This document shows positions 49,301 to 60,494 of a stretch of 64,000 bases of DNA, one piece after another. The DNA is taken from positions 398,810-462,809 of the forward strand of contig NIVC01000177.1 of the NCBI GenBank assembly GCA_002269645.1. The letters are read 5' to 3'. Both the position numbers and the translations under genes were made by a program. The stretch's first letter is position 1, and every line of letters starts with the position of its first letter. Under the pieces are notes generated by a model. That model was not told the origin of the DNA, ran no database searches, and saw only the letters and a program-made list of their open reading frames with translations. The stretch comes from Macrostomum lignano. Taxonomy: Eukaryota.

Positions 49301-52300
49301 CGGCTCTCGATGGCAAAGCAAAGAAATTGAAATCGAAAATAGCAAAGATACCAAAGTTGCAGACAGAATCAAAGGCTGCATCTACTACTGCCGGTCCGTC
49401 TAGCGGCAGTAGTATAATAGCCAGCGGTGCAAATAATAAACTGGAGAGGGCGTTGATTCGTTGCGGCGTGCAAGACGCCGTATTGCAGGAGGTGATCGAA
49501 GCTCCCGGACCAGCGGATGTGGATCTGGTCGAATGGCAGGCCAGTGAGACTGCGACTGCGGCGGTTGCAGCGCTGCGAGATCGACTGGCTGCCTCTGCTG
49601 CTGCTGCCGCTGCCGCTGGGCCGGTCAAGCAGTTTGGTCGGGTGCGCCGCTGCTGGCTCTGGTGTCGGCTGGATGATTCAACAGCTCAGGGCCAAGGTAA
49701 AAATGTTGCTTGATGTTATAGACACTTCCGGTGTGTTACCTCAAGTGACAACCAAATAGTACTTCCGGTGTTGCTTCAAGTGATATTCAAATAGTATTTC
49801 CGGTGTTCCTTTAAGTGATAACCAATTTTACTTCCGGTGTTGCTTTAAGTGATAACCAAATAGTACTTCCAGTGTTGCTTTAAGTGATAACCAAATAGTA
49901 CTTCCGGTGTTGCTTTAAGTGATAACTAAATAGTACTTCCAGTGTTGCTTTAAGTGATAACCAAATAGTACTTCCGGTGTTGCTTCAAGTGACAACCAAA
50001 TAGTACTTCCGGTGTTGCTTCAAGTGACAACCAAATAGTACTTCCGGTGTTGCTTCAAGTGACAACCAAATAGTACTTCCGGTGTTGCTTCAAGTGACAA
50101 CCAAATAGTACTTCCGGTGTTGCTTTAAGTGATAACTAAATAGTACTTCCAGTGTTGCTTTAAGTAATAACCAAATAGTACTTCCGGTGTTGCTTTAAGT
50201 GATAACTAAATAGTACTTCCGGTGTTGCTTCAAGTGACAACCAAATAGTACTTCCGGTGTTGCTTCAAGTGACAACCAAATAGTACTTCCGGTGTTGCTT
50301 TAAGTGATAACTAAATAGTACTTCCAGTGTTGCTTTAAGTAATAACCAAATAGTACTTCCAGTGTTGCTTTAAGTGACAACCAAATAGTACTTCCGGTGT
50401 TGCTTCAAGTGACAACCAAATAGTACTTCCGGTGTTGCTTCAAGTGACAACCAAATAGTACTTCCGGTGTTGCTTTAAGTGATAACTAAATAGTACTTCC
50501 AGTGTTGCTTTAAGTAATAACCAAATAGTACTTCCGGTGTTGCTTTAAGTGATAACCAAATAGTACTTCCAGTATTGCTTTAAGTGATAACCAAATAGTA
50601 CTTCCGGTGTTGCTTCAAGTGACAACCAAATAGTACTTCCGGTGTTGCTTTAAGTGATAACCAAATAGTACTTCCGGTGTTGCTTTAAGTGATAACTAAA
50701 TAGTACTTCCGGTGTTGCTTTAAGTGATAACCAAATAGTACTTCCGGTGTTGCTTCAAGTGATAACCAAATAGTACTTCCGGTGTTGCTTCAAGTGACAA
50801 CCAAATAGTACTTCCGGTGTTGCTTTAAGTGATAACTAAATAGTACTTCCGGTGTTGCTTTAAGTGATAACCAATGGTACTTCCGGTGTTGCTTCAAGTG
50901 ACAACCAAATAGTACTTCCGGTGTTGCTTTAAGTGATAACTAAATAGTACTTCCGGTGTTGCTTTAAGTGACAACCAATGGTACTTCCGGTGTTGCTATC
51001 AAGTGACAACCAAATACTGTATGTTTGGTGTTGTCTGAAGCAACATTTAACGTAATTTCCGGTGTTGATTTTGGGGATATTTTATGACACTCCCGGTGTT
51101 GCTTTTAGGGATATTTTATGACACTCCCGGTGTTGCTTTTAGGGATATTTTATGACACTCCCGGTGTTGCTTTTAGGGATATTTTATGACACTTCCGGTG
51201 TTGCTTTTAGGGATATTTTATGACACTCCCGGTGTTGCTTTTGGGGATATTTTATGACACTCCCGGTGTTGCTTTTAGGGATATTTTATGACACTCCCGG
51301 TGTTGCTTTTGGGGATATTTTATGACACTCCCGGTGTCACCTTTAGGGATATTTTATGACACTCCCGGTGTTGCTTTTGGGGATATTTTATGACACTCCC
51401 GGTGTCACCTTTAGGGATATTTTATGACACTCCCGGTGTTGCTTTTGGGGATATTTTATGACACTCCCGGTGTTGCTTTTAGGGATATTTTATGACACTC
51501 CCGGTGTTGCTTTTAGGGATATTTTATGACACTTCCGGTGTTGCTTTTAGGGATATTTTATGACACTCCCGGTGTTGCTTTTGGGGATATTTTATGACAC
51601 TCCCGGTGTTGCTTTTAGGGATATTTTATGACACTCCCGGTGTTGCTTTTGGGGATATTTTATGACACTCCCGGTGTCACCTTTAGGGATATTTTATGAC
51701 ACTCCCGGTGTTGCTTTTGGGGATATTTTATGACACTCCCGGTGTCACCTTTAGGGATATTTTATGACACTCCCGGTGTTGCTTTTGGGGATATTTTATG
51801 ACACTCCCGGTGTTGCTTTTAGGGATATTTTATGACACTTCTGATGTGGCTTCCAGCCGCAAAATTGTCTTACACGCACAATAAAATACTTGAAGAGTTG
51901 ATTCGGGAGGTGATCAGTCTCCAGAAAACTCCCACTTCCAGACACTTGAGCCTGGGAACAGAATAAGGTGTTCACTTACTGTGGCGGGCTCCTCTTCTGT
52001 GTTGGGCAGGTTCTCCGAGCTCGTTTCTTTAAATCTTCTTCTCCGGAGGAATCTTCTTGAAGTCTAGAATCGGCCGAAAGTGAGAGCGTAACAATCAAGT
52101 CTGGCGACGTCGCAGTATTTCTCGAATGCAAACCAATATAGGCCTTAGGTTCAATAATCAATATCAACAATGCGCCCTAATAACAAGATCAACTTCTGTG
52201 ATAATAACGAGGTCCTCCAAGAAAGGCGTCTTCTTCTAGAAATAACGGAATCGGAGTGGTGTGCTCCTATCGGTTAATCTAGGATAACCAAAATCAATCA

Positions 52301-53289
52301 ACTCGATAATCCTCTAAGGGTATCGGAATCGGTCCGCAGATCCCATCCAATCCCTTAGGAAAATGGGAGGCCTCAAATTCAATGAACTCAGTTGAATAAA
52401 CTGATCAATAACGGCCGGCAATAAAATCGCTCTCAGTAATCCAAATAACAAAGGCTCGAACAAAGGCTTACCGAACGGTATTTATTTCCTCAGAGATGTA
52501 GCCTCGCTTAGCTGTTCCAGCAAGCTTCAACATCTTTGGAGGCAGGTCCGAGTCTGAGATTTTGACTCGGATTTTGGCTTGTATTTATAGTAAACTTTTG
52601 GGGTAAACAGGTTATTTTGGGAAGGTGACTCATTTGCGTTTTGGAATTTTGACCTCTCGAAAATTGCATAGAATAAACTATATAGGTTTTGCGCGTCAAT
52701 TCTATTTTTAGAAATGTTGCATAAGATGATCACTCGTTGTTTCGTGGTCTTCTAAAAATGGAGTATGATCACTTGATATTTTTAGATTCTAAAATTAAGT
52801 TTTCGCATTTTTATGTTACTACTTATAGTAGTTCACTTTGTACCGTATTTGGAGATCTCTACATACTTAGCTCGTAGTTCCACCCGCCGCTGCCCCAACT
52901 CAGTCGAGAGCCACTTCTCCGGTGCCGCCCTGCTGTCAACTGGCCGAGTTCGCTACTCATCTGACGACCTGTTCCTACTCATCGACCTCCGGCTCCGCCG
53001 TCAGCAGCAACAGTCGGCTGGCCTCGGCCAGGCGGGCGGTCTGAACCGGCGCGCCGTGGATCTGGCCAGCAGCATTCGAGTGTTTCACACGCTGGTGCAG
53101 GACTGCCGCAGGGACAGCTCCGAGATTGCTAGGCATTTCAGCTTTTCTACTTCAAGTAGTATGAGTAGCGACGTAGTTGGCGAGATTTTGCGACCAGACG
53201 AGGGCCACCTGCTTCGAGCTCTGCTGCGACAGATGTGCGACTTCGATCGGCCCAGCGGGATGTGGACTCTGAAGCCGGAGTTTCGCTAG
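40397..53289 (+). CDS. ERCC6: DNA excision repair protein ERCC6 / Cockayne syndrome B (SNF2-family ATPase), about 1346 aa
   Basis: Exons 40397-41038, 41494-41946, 42739-43200, 43708-43844, 44672-44861, 45510-45947, 46420-46798, 48002-48328, 49103-49696 and 52871-53289 (4041 nt, in frame). Motifs [99 protein letters not shown], and CSB-specific C-terminal WTLKPEF. The start codon is uncertain (an acceptor-like TGCAG follows it). Confidence 0.95.
41100..41305. repeat. 50-bp tandem repeat, about 4 units (ERCC6 intron 1)
   Basis: Unit TTTGTTTTTCCTCTGGTTTTGATTAGAGCCGATACAGAAGTAGA(T/G)GAGTC. Confidence 0.9.
42045..42670. repeat. Degenerate 21-bp repeat (ERCC6 intron 2)
   Basis: Unit approximately GAGAAATCTATAGATCTTGAT, containing the palindrome ATCTATAGAT. 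Confidence 0.9.
43235..43550. repeat. Degenerate repeat of about 27 bp (ERCC6 intron 3)
   Basis: TATACTACTGATT(G/A)(C/A)TTG(A)GTGTG recurs about 10 times. Confidence 0.85.
43900..44495. repeat. Repeat of about 34 bp (ERCC6 intron 4)
   Basis: Unit approximately GATGGGATCTCTAATTAGGGATTAATACCTGGAT. Confidence 0.9.
44975..45425. repeat. GGTAGA(C/T)-rich degenerate repeat (ERCC6 intron 5)
   Basis: Recurrent GGGTAGACAGGTAGATT(T/A). Confidence 0.85.
46040..46405. repeat. (TATC)n microsatellite preceded by CAATC repeats (ERCC6 intron 6)
   Basis: Long TATC run at 46125-46400. Confidence 0.95.
46855..47920. repeat. 21-22-bp array grading into an 18-bp array (ERCC6 intron 7)
   Basis: GACCCTAAAGTTTTTTAGTTT(A) to about 47630, then GGATCCTGAAGTTTAG(C/T)T. 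Confidence 0.93.
48400..49060. repeat. 53-bp tandem repeat, about 12 units (ERCC6 intron 8)
   Basis: Unit GGGAAGAATTGTTGGGATTTCATAATTTGATCCAGGTAAATCTTGATCTCATT. Confidence 0.93.
49720..51840. repeat. Two adjacent related arrays: 35-bp (49720-51015) and 34-bp (51055-51840) (ERCC6 intron 9)
   Basis: Units TAGTACTTCCGGTGTTGCTT(C/T)AAGTGA(C/T)AACCAAA and ACACTCCCGGTGTTGCTTTT(A/G)GGGATATTTTATG share the core CCGGTGTTGCTT. Confidence 0.96.
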
Positions 53290-53669
53290 GAATATAACTT
53301 ACTACTCACAGTAGCAGGGACATCTTTTTCAAGAGCTTTGTCTAACTAATACTGGTATTCCGCGTAAAGTTTTTATTCTATAATGTATTACCTGTAATGT
53401 ATTTGTTTTTTGAAAAATATTCTTCCTGCAATAATGTTTAGTTAATTTGATCTGTAGAAGTACGAGTATAGCTCGTACTGAAGTTTAAATATATTACCTT
53501 TTTGACCAAATTGACCTGTTAAGCTGTCGGTTGAATATTTTAATAATTTTGTGCCAAAACTATAAGTTATAAAGTTATAAAGTTACTTAGCTACTTTTTT
53601 TTTAAACTTACCAATCTAAATTCAGGGTGCCAAATAAGGTGTTAATGAGATCTTATTCTCTTGCAAAGG

Positions 53670-54110
53670 TGCTAAATCAGGTGTCTAAGGGATCTAGTTG
53701 GCTCACCAAATCAGGTGTCTAAGGGATCTAGTTGGCTCACCAAATCAGGTGTCTAAGTGATCTAATTGGCTCACCAAATCAGGTGTCTATGGGATCTAAT
53801 TGGCTCACCAAATCAGGTGTCTAAGTGATCTAATTGGCTCACCAAATCAGGTGTCTAAGTGATCTAATTGGCTCACCAAATCAGGTGTCTAAGTGATCTA
53901 ATTGGCTCACCAAATCAGGTGTCTATGGGATCTAATTGGCTCACCAAATCAGGTGTCTAAGGGATCTAATTGGCTCACCAAATCAGGTGTCTAAGGGATC
54001 TAGTTGGCTCACCAAATCAGGTGTCTAAGTGATCTAATTGGCTCACCAAATCAGGTGTCTATGGGATCTAATTGGCTGACACATATCAAATGTCTATGGG
54101 ATCTAATTAG
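53670..54110. repeat. 34-bp tandem repeat, about 12 units
   Basis: Unit TTGGCTCACCAAATCAGGTGTCTA(A/T)G(G/T)GATCTA(A/G). Confidence 0.94.
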
Positions 54111-54439
54111 CTTGCTCAAAATTACGAGTACTTACTTATAATAAAGGCTGTGGTGTCCTTGAAGGCTATGTATCTGTGACTACATAACTAAGACATAGCT
54201 CGTTCCAATCCTTAGGTAGACCACCCTCTGGTACCTATTGTTTCTATCGTTAGCACGGTTAATTAGATGTTAGTGATGGAAGTACCTTGATGCTATGATC
54301 AAGCTTTTTACGGAACAGGAAGCTAGTGTCAACTCTCAAAGTTTTTTCCTGGACTGTTTGAATCAATAAAATATCAATTCTAGTGACAATTTATTCAGTT
54401 TTAATGTGGTGGTGTTGTTAACTTAATGTTTTTCGCACT

Positions 54440-54860
54440 GAGAAGCCTTGCCATCGATCTGTCAGCAGATTGAAATACCGTGTCGTCTACCAATTGATTT
54501 GCTCTGAGAACCAGTGCACCACCTATGCTGGAGAAAACTTAACGACAGTTGTATATGAGGGCTAAGGAGCATTAGGTTCAGAACTCTTCAGGACAAGATT
54601 ATGAATTGACCGTACGTGACATGAGTGGTTGCACTTTCCTGTACGCCCCTTGGCTTGCCCACTGGACTGGCTCATCAAAACTACTACAAGTACCAAAGCA
54701 TAATTTACCTCATTCCAGTGTTTCCTGTCTTATCAACCCAAGTATCTGATATATGTATATATATATACAATTAATGTTGTTTGTTCACTCTTTCGTTTCA
54801 AGTTAAAATCTACCCTGACGAAGTGCTACTTAGGACGAAAAGCTCCCGGTAGCTACATGT
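54440..54860 (+). mobile_element. Degenerate Penelope-like retroelement 3' remnant (GIY-YIG endonuclease)
   Basis: Frame from about 54461 reads VSRLKYRVVYQLICSENQCTTYAGE and, after a shift, MRAKEH. This matches the PLE endonuclease pattern VVYxIxCxxCxxxYxGET...RxKEH. A hammerhead-like motif follows. Confidence 0.65.
54810..54852 (+). ncRNA. Minimal type-I hammerhead ribozyme-like motif, degenerate
   Basis: Stem I CTACC (54810-14) / GGTAG (54848-52); core CTGACGA (54815-21); stem II GTGCT-ACTT-AGGAC with one G.G mismatch; GAAA (54837-40); palindromic AGCT; the expected UH is replaced by CCC. Confidence 0.55.
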
Positions 54861-55275
54861 ATATACACTGCATGTACGAGCGTATGTTGCTTATAACTTT
54901 TCTTGCTTCTCTTATCATGCCAGCTTGGAATTCAGTTTATATCAGTTTGTTCAGTTTGAAATAAACGTGGATCCAGAATCCTGGCTTCTGTAATGAAGTT
55001 TTGATATATAAGGATCCAGGCCCTTCCTAGGGTTAGAATTTTGCATATAAGTGAGTTTCCTAATATGGAATAAGGAAATGCAGCTTGCCAATAGGGTTTC
55101 TCTCTTAGTTAGGTTTGCCGTTGGGCAGCGTTTACTGTCTACGAGCTAGTTAAATTGTATGGGTGCTGTGATAGAATACCTATTTTTAAGAGCCTAGGCT
55201 TTTGTATAAATATAATAAAGCTGGACTCGGCTGCGGAGGTCAGAAATAACGCCTTTAAAGTTTATCTGACTGACA

Positions 55276-58200
55276 ATGCCTCGCTATCTTGTGTCTCTAG
55301 CCCTGCCTCTGCTGCTTCTCAGCAGCTGCTGTTTGCACGGTGAATCTTCTTTGCCGAGCTATGTCGATTTTCTTCACGACTACAGCCGCACGTACGACTG
55401 TCGATGTCATACGGTTTCTTCGGAATACGACTTCTTGTGCGAGATCGTTAAAAAAGGATTAACGGCAGCAAATAGCAGCATCAGCTGCTCCAACCTGCCT
55501 ACAAAAGTGATTGCTCACCTAAACATCAGCTGCTCCGGTTGCAGCAACTGCGTCTCAGTGAACATGCACGAGATGACTCGAGCTCATTATGACGATGACC
55601 AGCAGATAAACTTTTATCCGCCGTCGGAGATTTCACTGAACGATTGTCGGGTCAACAGTCTCAATATTAGAATGATGCAGTTGAGAGCTGAGAATGTCAG
55701 CGTCACTGAAGGCATGGAGATAGCACAGTTCGGTGTGCCACAACATCCGGGTGTTGGTGGCTACTACACCGTGAATGTCACCTACCCGACTGATTTCAAC
55801 GCGTCCGATTGTTGGCTGACTTACCTGCACATCAGACGGAGCAGTATGTGGTACTTGCCCGCCTATGTTCTACACAAATGCCAGTACATTCGTAGTGTAA
55901 GCATCGTTGAGTCGCCGATCACGTGGGTATCGATGACTGACCTACTGGCCCTTCGGTCAATCGATAGCTTGACCCTGCGCAACTGCAGCGTGAGAACGTT
56001 TGCCGATGACGCTTTGTCGAAAGCGCTGACGGCTCTAGATGAATATCTGCAACGAGTTGGTCCGCAGCCAGTCACTGAGAATCCTCAAGTAGCAGAGGCT
56101 ATTAAACGACTGCGTAAGATGAGGCAGGACTCCGGCAAACTGAACTTGGTAATCAATCTGTACGACATGATGGACTCATTCAACATCAGCTTTTCGCTGC
56201 TATTCGGCTACCGAACCATCAGCCTGGGCAGTGGCTTTTCTCCCTCCGACATTCCGTTCGACGTAGCTCTCAGTTACTTGAACTTGCAATACAATGAGCT
56301 GACCGAGATCCCTTTTTCTATCAGCATGTTTGGCAATTTAAATGCAATTGACCTTAGTCACAACAAAATACGCAGGCTGTATCACAGCTGGCTGTGCTGG
56401 TACCCTCCTATACGCGAGGAAGACAAGGCAAACTCTACCAGACACTGCTATTGGTTCAGAGGATCCAGGCAGACTCTGAAAGTGCTGAACCTTTCTTACA
56501 ATCGAATCAAACAAATTGGCGAAATTCAACCTTGGCACGGGGTAAGGTGCATTGAAAAAATATTATTCATATTTTCATTCGCAGGATGGCTGTAGGCACG
56601 TCTTCGGCGACATTGTCCCACAACCAACGCTGAGGCCATTCTGTTCATTCCACTGACTCCACAAGCGCTCCAATACTGTACGCAGGCACTCACTCATGCA
56701 CTCGCTCACACAGGGTGTGAAGTGCACAAACCCCCCCCCCCCAACCATTTTTCGTGCACACAAGCCCCAAATGTATGAGGCCGCGCGCGGAATCGAACCA
56801 GGGGTCGTTGCGCGAGAGTCAGACGGGCTTACCGCTAGTTCTCTTGATAGCCTCGTATTGGGGTTTTATAATAAAACCTGTTGACAACCCACAATGTCTT
56901 TAAACGGACATTGTTCTAAATTCTACTAGCTGTTTCTATCTTCTCGGATACCTTTAAATGACGCCGCGACAATTGTTCTAGTAAAAAAAGATACCCAGCA
57001 AGTTTAAAACCCAACTCGTCACATCTAGGTGGCACTGGCCGAGCTGTACCTGCAGAATAATTTTATTGTGAGCATCAATTCGGACGCATTCAGCTATTCG
57101 CTGCTGTCAAAGAGCCTGCTGGCGCTTAACCTCGACGACAACCAACTGCCCTACATTCATTTAAAGTGCTTGAGCCGCCTGGAGACTCTGAGCATTCGAA
57201 ATGGTGGCCTGGCAAATATCGAGCTCAGTTCCATTCCCCAGTCGGAAAGGCTTAGGTGGATCAATCTGACCAACAATTCAATCAGCTCGATTTCCTACAA
57301 CGCTTTCAACAATCGTCCAGCCTTGGAGACAATAGATCTAAGGAACAATAGCTTAGAAAATATGTATGCATACAGCTTCAACATGTCGGAGCGTCCAACC
57401 TTAAGCTCTCGTGTTGTCTTGTTAATAAGCGGGCAAAAGGTTAAAACGGTCTGCAACTGCTATCACGTCTACGCTTACATAACAGAGGAAGAGACCGACT
57501 TGGAAAGGACTAACTACCACTATCCAGCGATCCCTAAGCACGAATTGGAAATTACGTCATGCCTATTCTTCTTGAAGGACGGTGCTAACTCAACTAGAAA
57601 ACTAAGTGGTGCATCGTACCGCGAGTTCTTATGTGCCTTCAGTGGCGACTATGAACAGAAATTACCGAAAAAATACTGCGAACAACCCCCACAATCTCAG
57701 TATGCGTCGTACGCAAATGAACCAATCCCATAACAGGCCTGACTAACAGCACGTTTGAGTGTTGGGAGACTTGCGTACCCGACTGCAGCTGCTACCACAC
57801 GGCCAAGTGGGAGTTGTCCGACCTCAACTGTACCAATATTGATGTAAACATGGTCAGCATACTGCTGCGCATCCCTGTAAAGTACATGTACTTTTCCGGA
57901 ATCAGGGAGTCCGACTATTTCCACAGAATAACAAATTCCACACTGAAATGGGAAACACCAAAACTCCGCGATGCCTTAGTAGTTTTGTTTTTCAACAATA
58001 GCAACATTCGCTACATCGAAGAGAATGCGTTCGTAGATAAAACTTCGATAAAGTTTCTATACTTGGACGACAACAGGCTTGAAAAAGTACCGGCAAAAGC
58101 TTTCTGCTCACCGAATTCAGATCTGATTCGGCTAAGTCTATTGAGAAACAACCTAACTTGGATTGACCCCTATTTGTTAAATTCTAGCTGTCTTCCAAAT

Positions 58201-60117
58201 TTAAACGAACTCAAGATCAGCAGCAATCCGTGGCACTGTCAGTGTAACGAAATGTGGACAAGTCTTCACAAATCTCTAATTAGTGTGGCGCGCACAACGC
58301 AAGTTGTCCCAGATTTCGAAAGTATGCGTTGCCAAGTGGATCCGGCAATTATTGAAGCCTGCGAATTGAACAGATGGAATGATGCCTGGCGACTTGATTG
58401 CCAAAAAATTCTTTTAAGCAATGGATCTCGCGACTATCCAGTGAGCGATGAGGGCGGACTCGTCAGGGTGTGCGAGCTTATAGCGGACTCGGCAGCACAG
58501 CAGTGAAGGCAGATCGTCCTGATCATTCTGTCCTCATTATTCGGTCTCGCGCTGCTCGGTTTCGCGGTGCTCGCTGTCCGCCGTCGACACCGACTGCTGG
58601 CCGTGGTTCGAGTCCTCATCCTCCTCAAGTACCAGAGCAGTCGGCGACTGCAGCAGCAGACATCTCGGGACTCGCTGCCGTACGACGCGATGCTGTGGGC
58701 GTCGGACAGAGACCAGGACTGTCTGGTCGACGTGCTGAACTGCGTGCGCAGCGCCTCGGGCGGAGACGAGCTCGAGCTGTGCGTTCCGGAGAGCTTCCTC
58801 TACTCGGACCTGTGCTCCTGTCCGCTCACCTACTTTGACTGTCCGGCTGAGGGAGCCAAGTTCAGCGGCAAGGTGGTGGTGGCTTTGTCCGAGAGGTTTC
58901 TCGACACCCAGTACCTGGCTCTGTGTCAGGTGATTCGAGATCTCGACAGCTTAGGTCGGAATCCGTTCAAGGACATCGTGTTTCTGCGCCTGAGCTCGCG
59001 CAGAGTGTCGCTTCAGCGCCAGAGACAGCTCGGACCTGAGGACGTGGAGGCGTTCCACACTCTGCAGAGAATCCTCGCAGGGAGCGACATCGAATACAAG
59101 TCCGTTGACTGGGAATACAGACTCATCGAGCGCATTCGGAACCGAGATCCGGCCGCCGTTCTCGTGTTTGACTCGTCTGTTCCGCCAGAGACTTCAGCGG
59201 CGGCCACGCCCGCGGTAGCTGACCGCCTTGATATTACCGTCGGGACCGCATCGGAGCCTGAAGAGCTATTAGACCTTCCAGGCGAGGGGCAGCCATTAAT
59301 TGTGGACGTTGAGCAGACAATAGATTTTATAAGTAAGTACACAAATTATTGCGGCACTGTTCTGAAATCGGCTTCAAAACGATGAGCTCGGAATTTCCAC
59401 CATTACCCGTATAATATATTATCATATAACCAATATAAAGGAAGCCGCACCATCCTGAGCACGATTCGGGACTGGCCGCCGTTCCACTCGGACAAAGTGC
59501 CGGAGGTCTTCATCCTGTCTGCTCCTGAGTCCGCCTCTGACTCCGAGTCCCGAGCCGACCCAGATTCGAGCTCGAACACCGTCGTCGAGCTCATCGTTCG
59601 TCGCCTCCAAGGCGTTCGGCTCGGCACCAACGACGCGGCCCTGACTGCTCGCTGGCCTGACAACTTCGAGGGCGCCTCGCCAGCCGGCCGCATCAACAGC
59701 TTCCTGATGAAGCGAACTCGCCAGTTCGTGCTGCTGCTCAGCAACGGCCTGCTCTGCTGGCTCAGAGACGAGGCCGAGCTGCAGTGCGAGTTCCAAGCCT
59801 TCCTCGCTGCGAACTCGTTCAGACGCCGCCTGCTGGTAGTTCAGGTTGGACAGGTGAGACTCTCGCAATCAGCTGAGTGTGCAGGTCTGAGTTTTGAGTA
59901 GCTTTGCCTCACTGCTGTGTGAGTGAGACATACAGTATCGATCTTTATTCACTCGCAGGTGGACAGCCGGTCGAGAGCTCGCTACCGGGCGCTGGCGAAT
60001 CAGCGACTGGACGGCGGGGAGTCCGGGCCGGCGACGAACTGGTTCGACATGAGCGCCGAGGACCGCAACGTCGAGGCACTGGGGCTGTGGCTGGATGGCG
60101 TGCTGTACAAGAAGTGA
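55276..60117 (+). CDS. Toll-like receptor, multiple-cysteine-cluster type, with two TIR/SEFIR-like cytoplasmic domains; disrupted in this sequence (possible pseudogene)
   Basis: Exons 55276-56541, 57029-59332, 59441-59853 and 59959-60117. Signal peptide; more than 11 LxxLxLxxN LRRs; internal LRRCT plus LRRNT (CWETCVPDCSCYH..W..SDLNC); SNPWHCQC; TM IVLIILSSLFGLALLGFAVLAV; TIR box YDAMLW. One-base frameshift near 57722 and in-frame TGA at 58504-58506. Confidence 0.85.
56600..56840 (-). mobile_element. Diverged tRNA-derived SINE in TLR intron 1
   Basis: The - strand head TAGCGGTAAGCCCGTCTGAC...CCTGGTTCGATTCC has A/B boxes. GCGACATTGTC(C/A)CACAACC is shared with the 60495-60810 copy. Confidence 0.7.
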
Positions 60118-60494
60118 CTCCTGAGCATGAAACTTTGATGAAGCGCACGAAAAAATTGATAGACAGTAAGAATGTTATCCCAGTTCGACATGTAGAATTT
60201 AAATATTGAAAAATTAAAAGTGCAATAAATTGCAACCGAACATCACTTTTTCATCGTAAAGATCCACCTTAAAAATATACAACATGTGAATTCGAGTGGT
60301 TGCTTCACGTCGACTAAGAGCCACTGGCCGGAAAAGAAGAAAGTGCTGGGGACTTCCTGCTGAACACAGGCAAAGAGCCGCAAGGCCGCTATCACCCTGG
60401 AAGGAAACCGTTAGCCATCAGATTACTCCTTGGTCAAGCGTCCATCAGCACTGACCTACTGTACACTGGGACCTTATTGTGTTAGTTATAGGCA

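Noticed and set aside
49630-49700. Possible frameshift in ERCC6 exon 9 (alternative frame ...MIQQLRAK)
   Set aside because: The primary frame splices in phase 1 to the last exon, which itself contains the HFSG...LRLRR segment. No shift is needed.
51850-52720. Complex non-repetitive stretch in ERCC6 intron 9 as a nested gene or TE ORF
   Set aside because: Hand translation of several frames gave multiple stops and no recognisable motif. It needs a translated search.
57700-57736. 37-nt GT-AG micro-intron rescuing the TLR frameshift
   Set aside because: Splicing it leads to CCT GAC TAA (wrong frame), and no phase-compatible donor is present.
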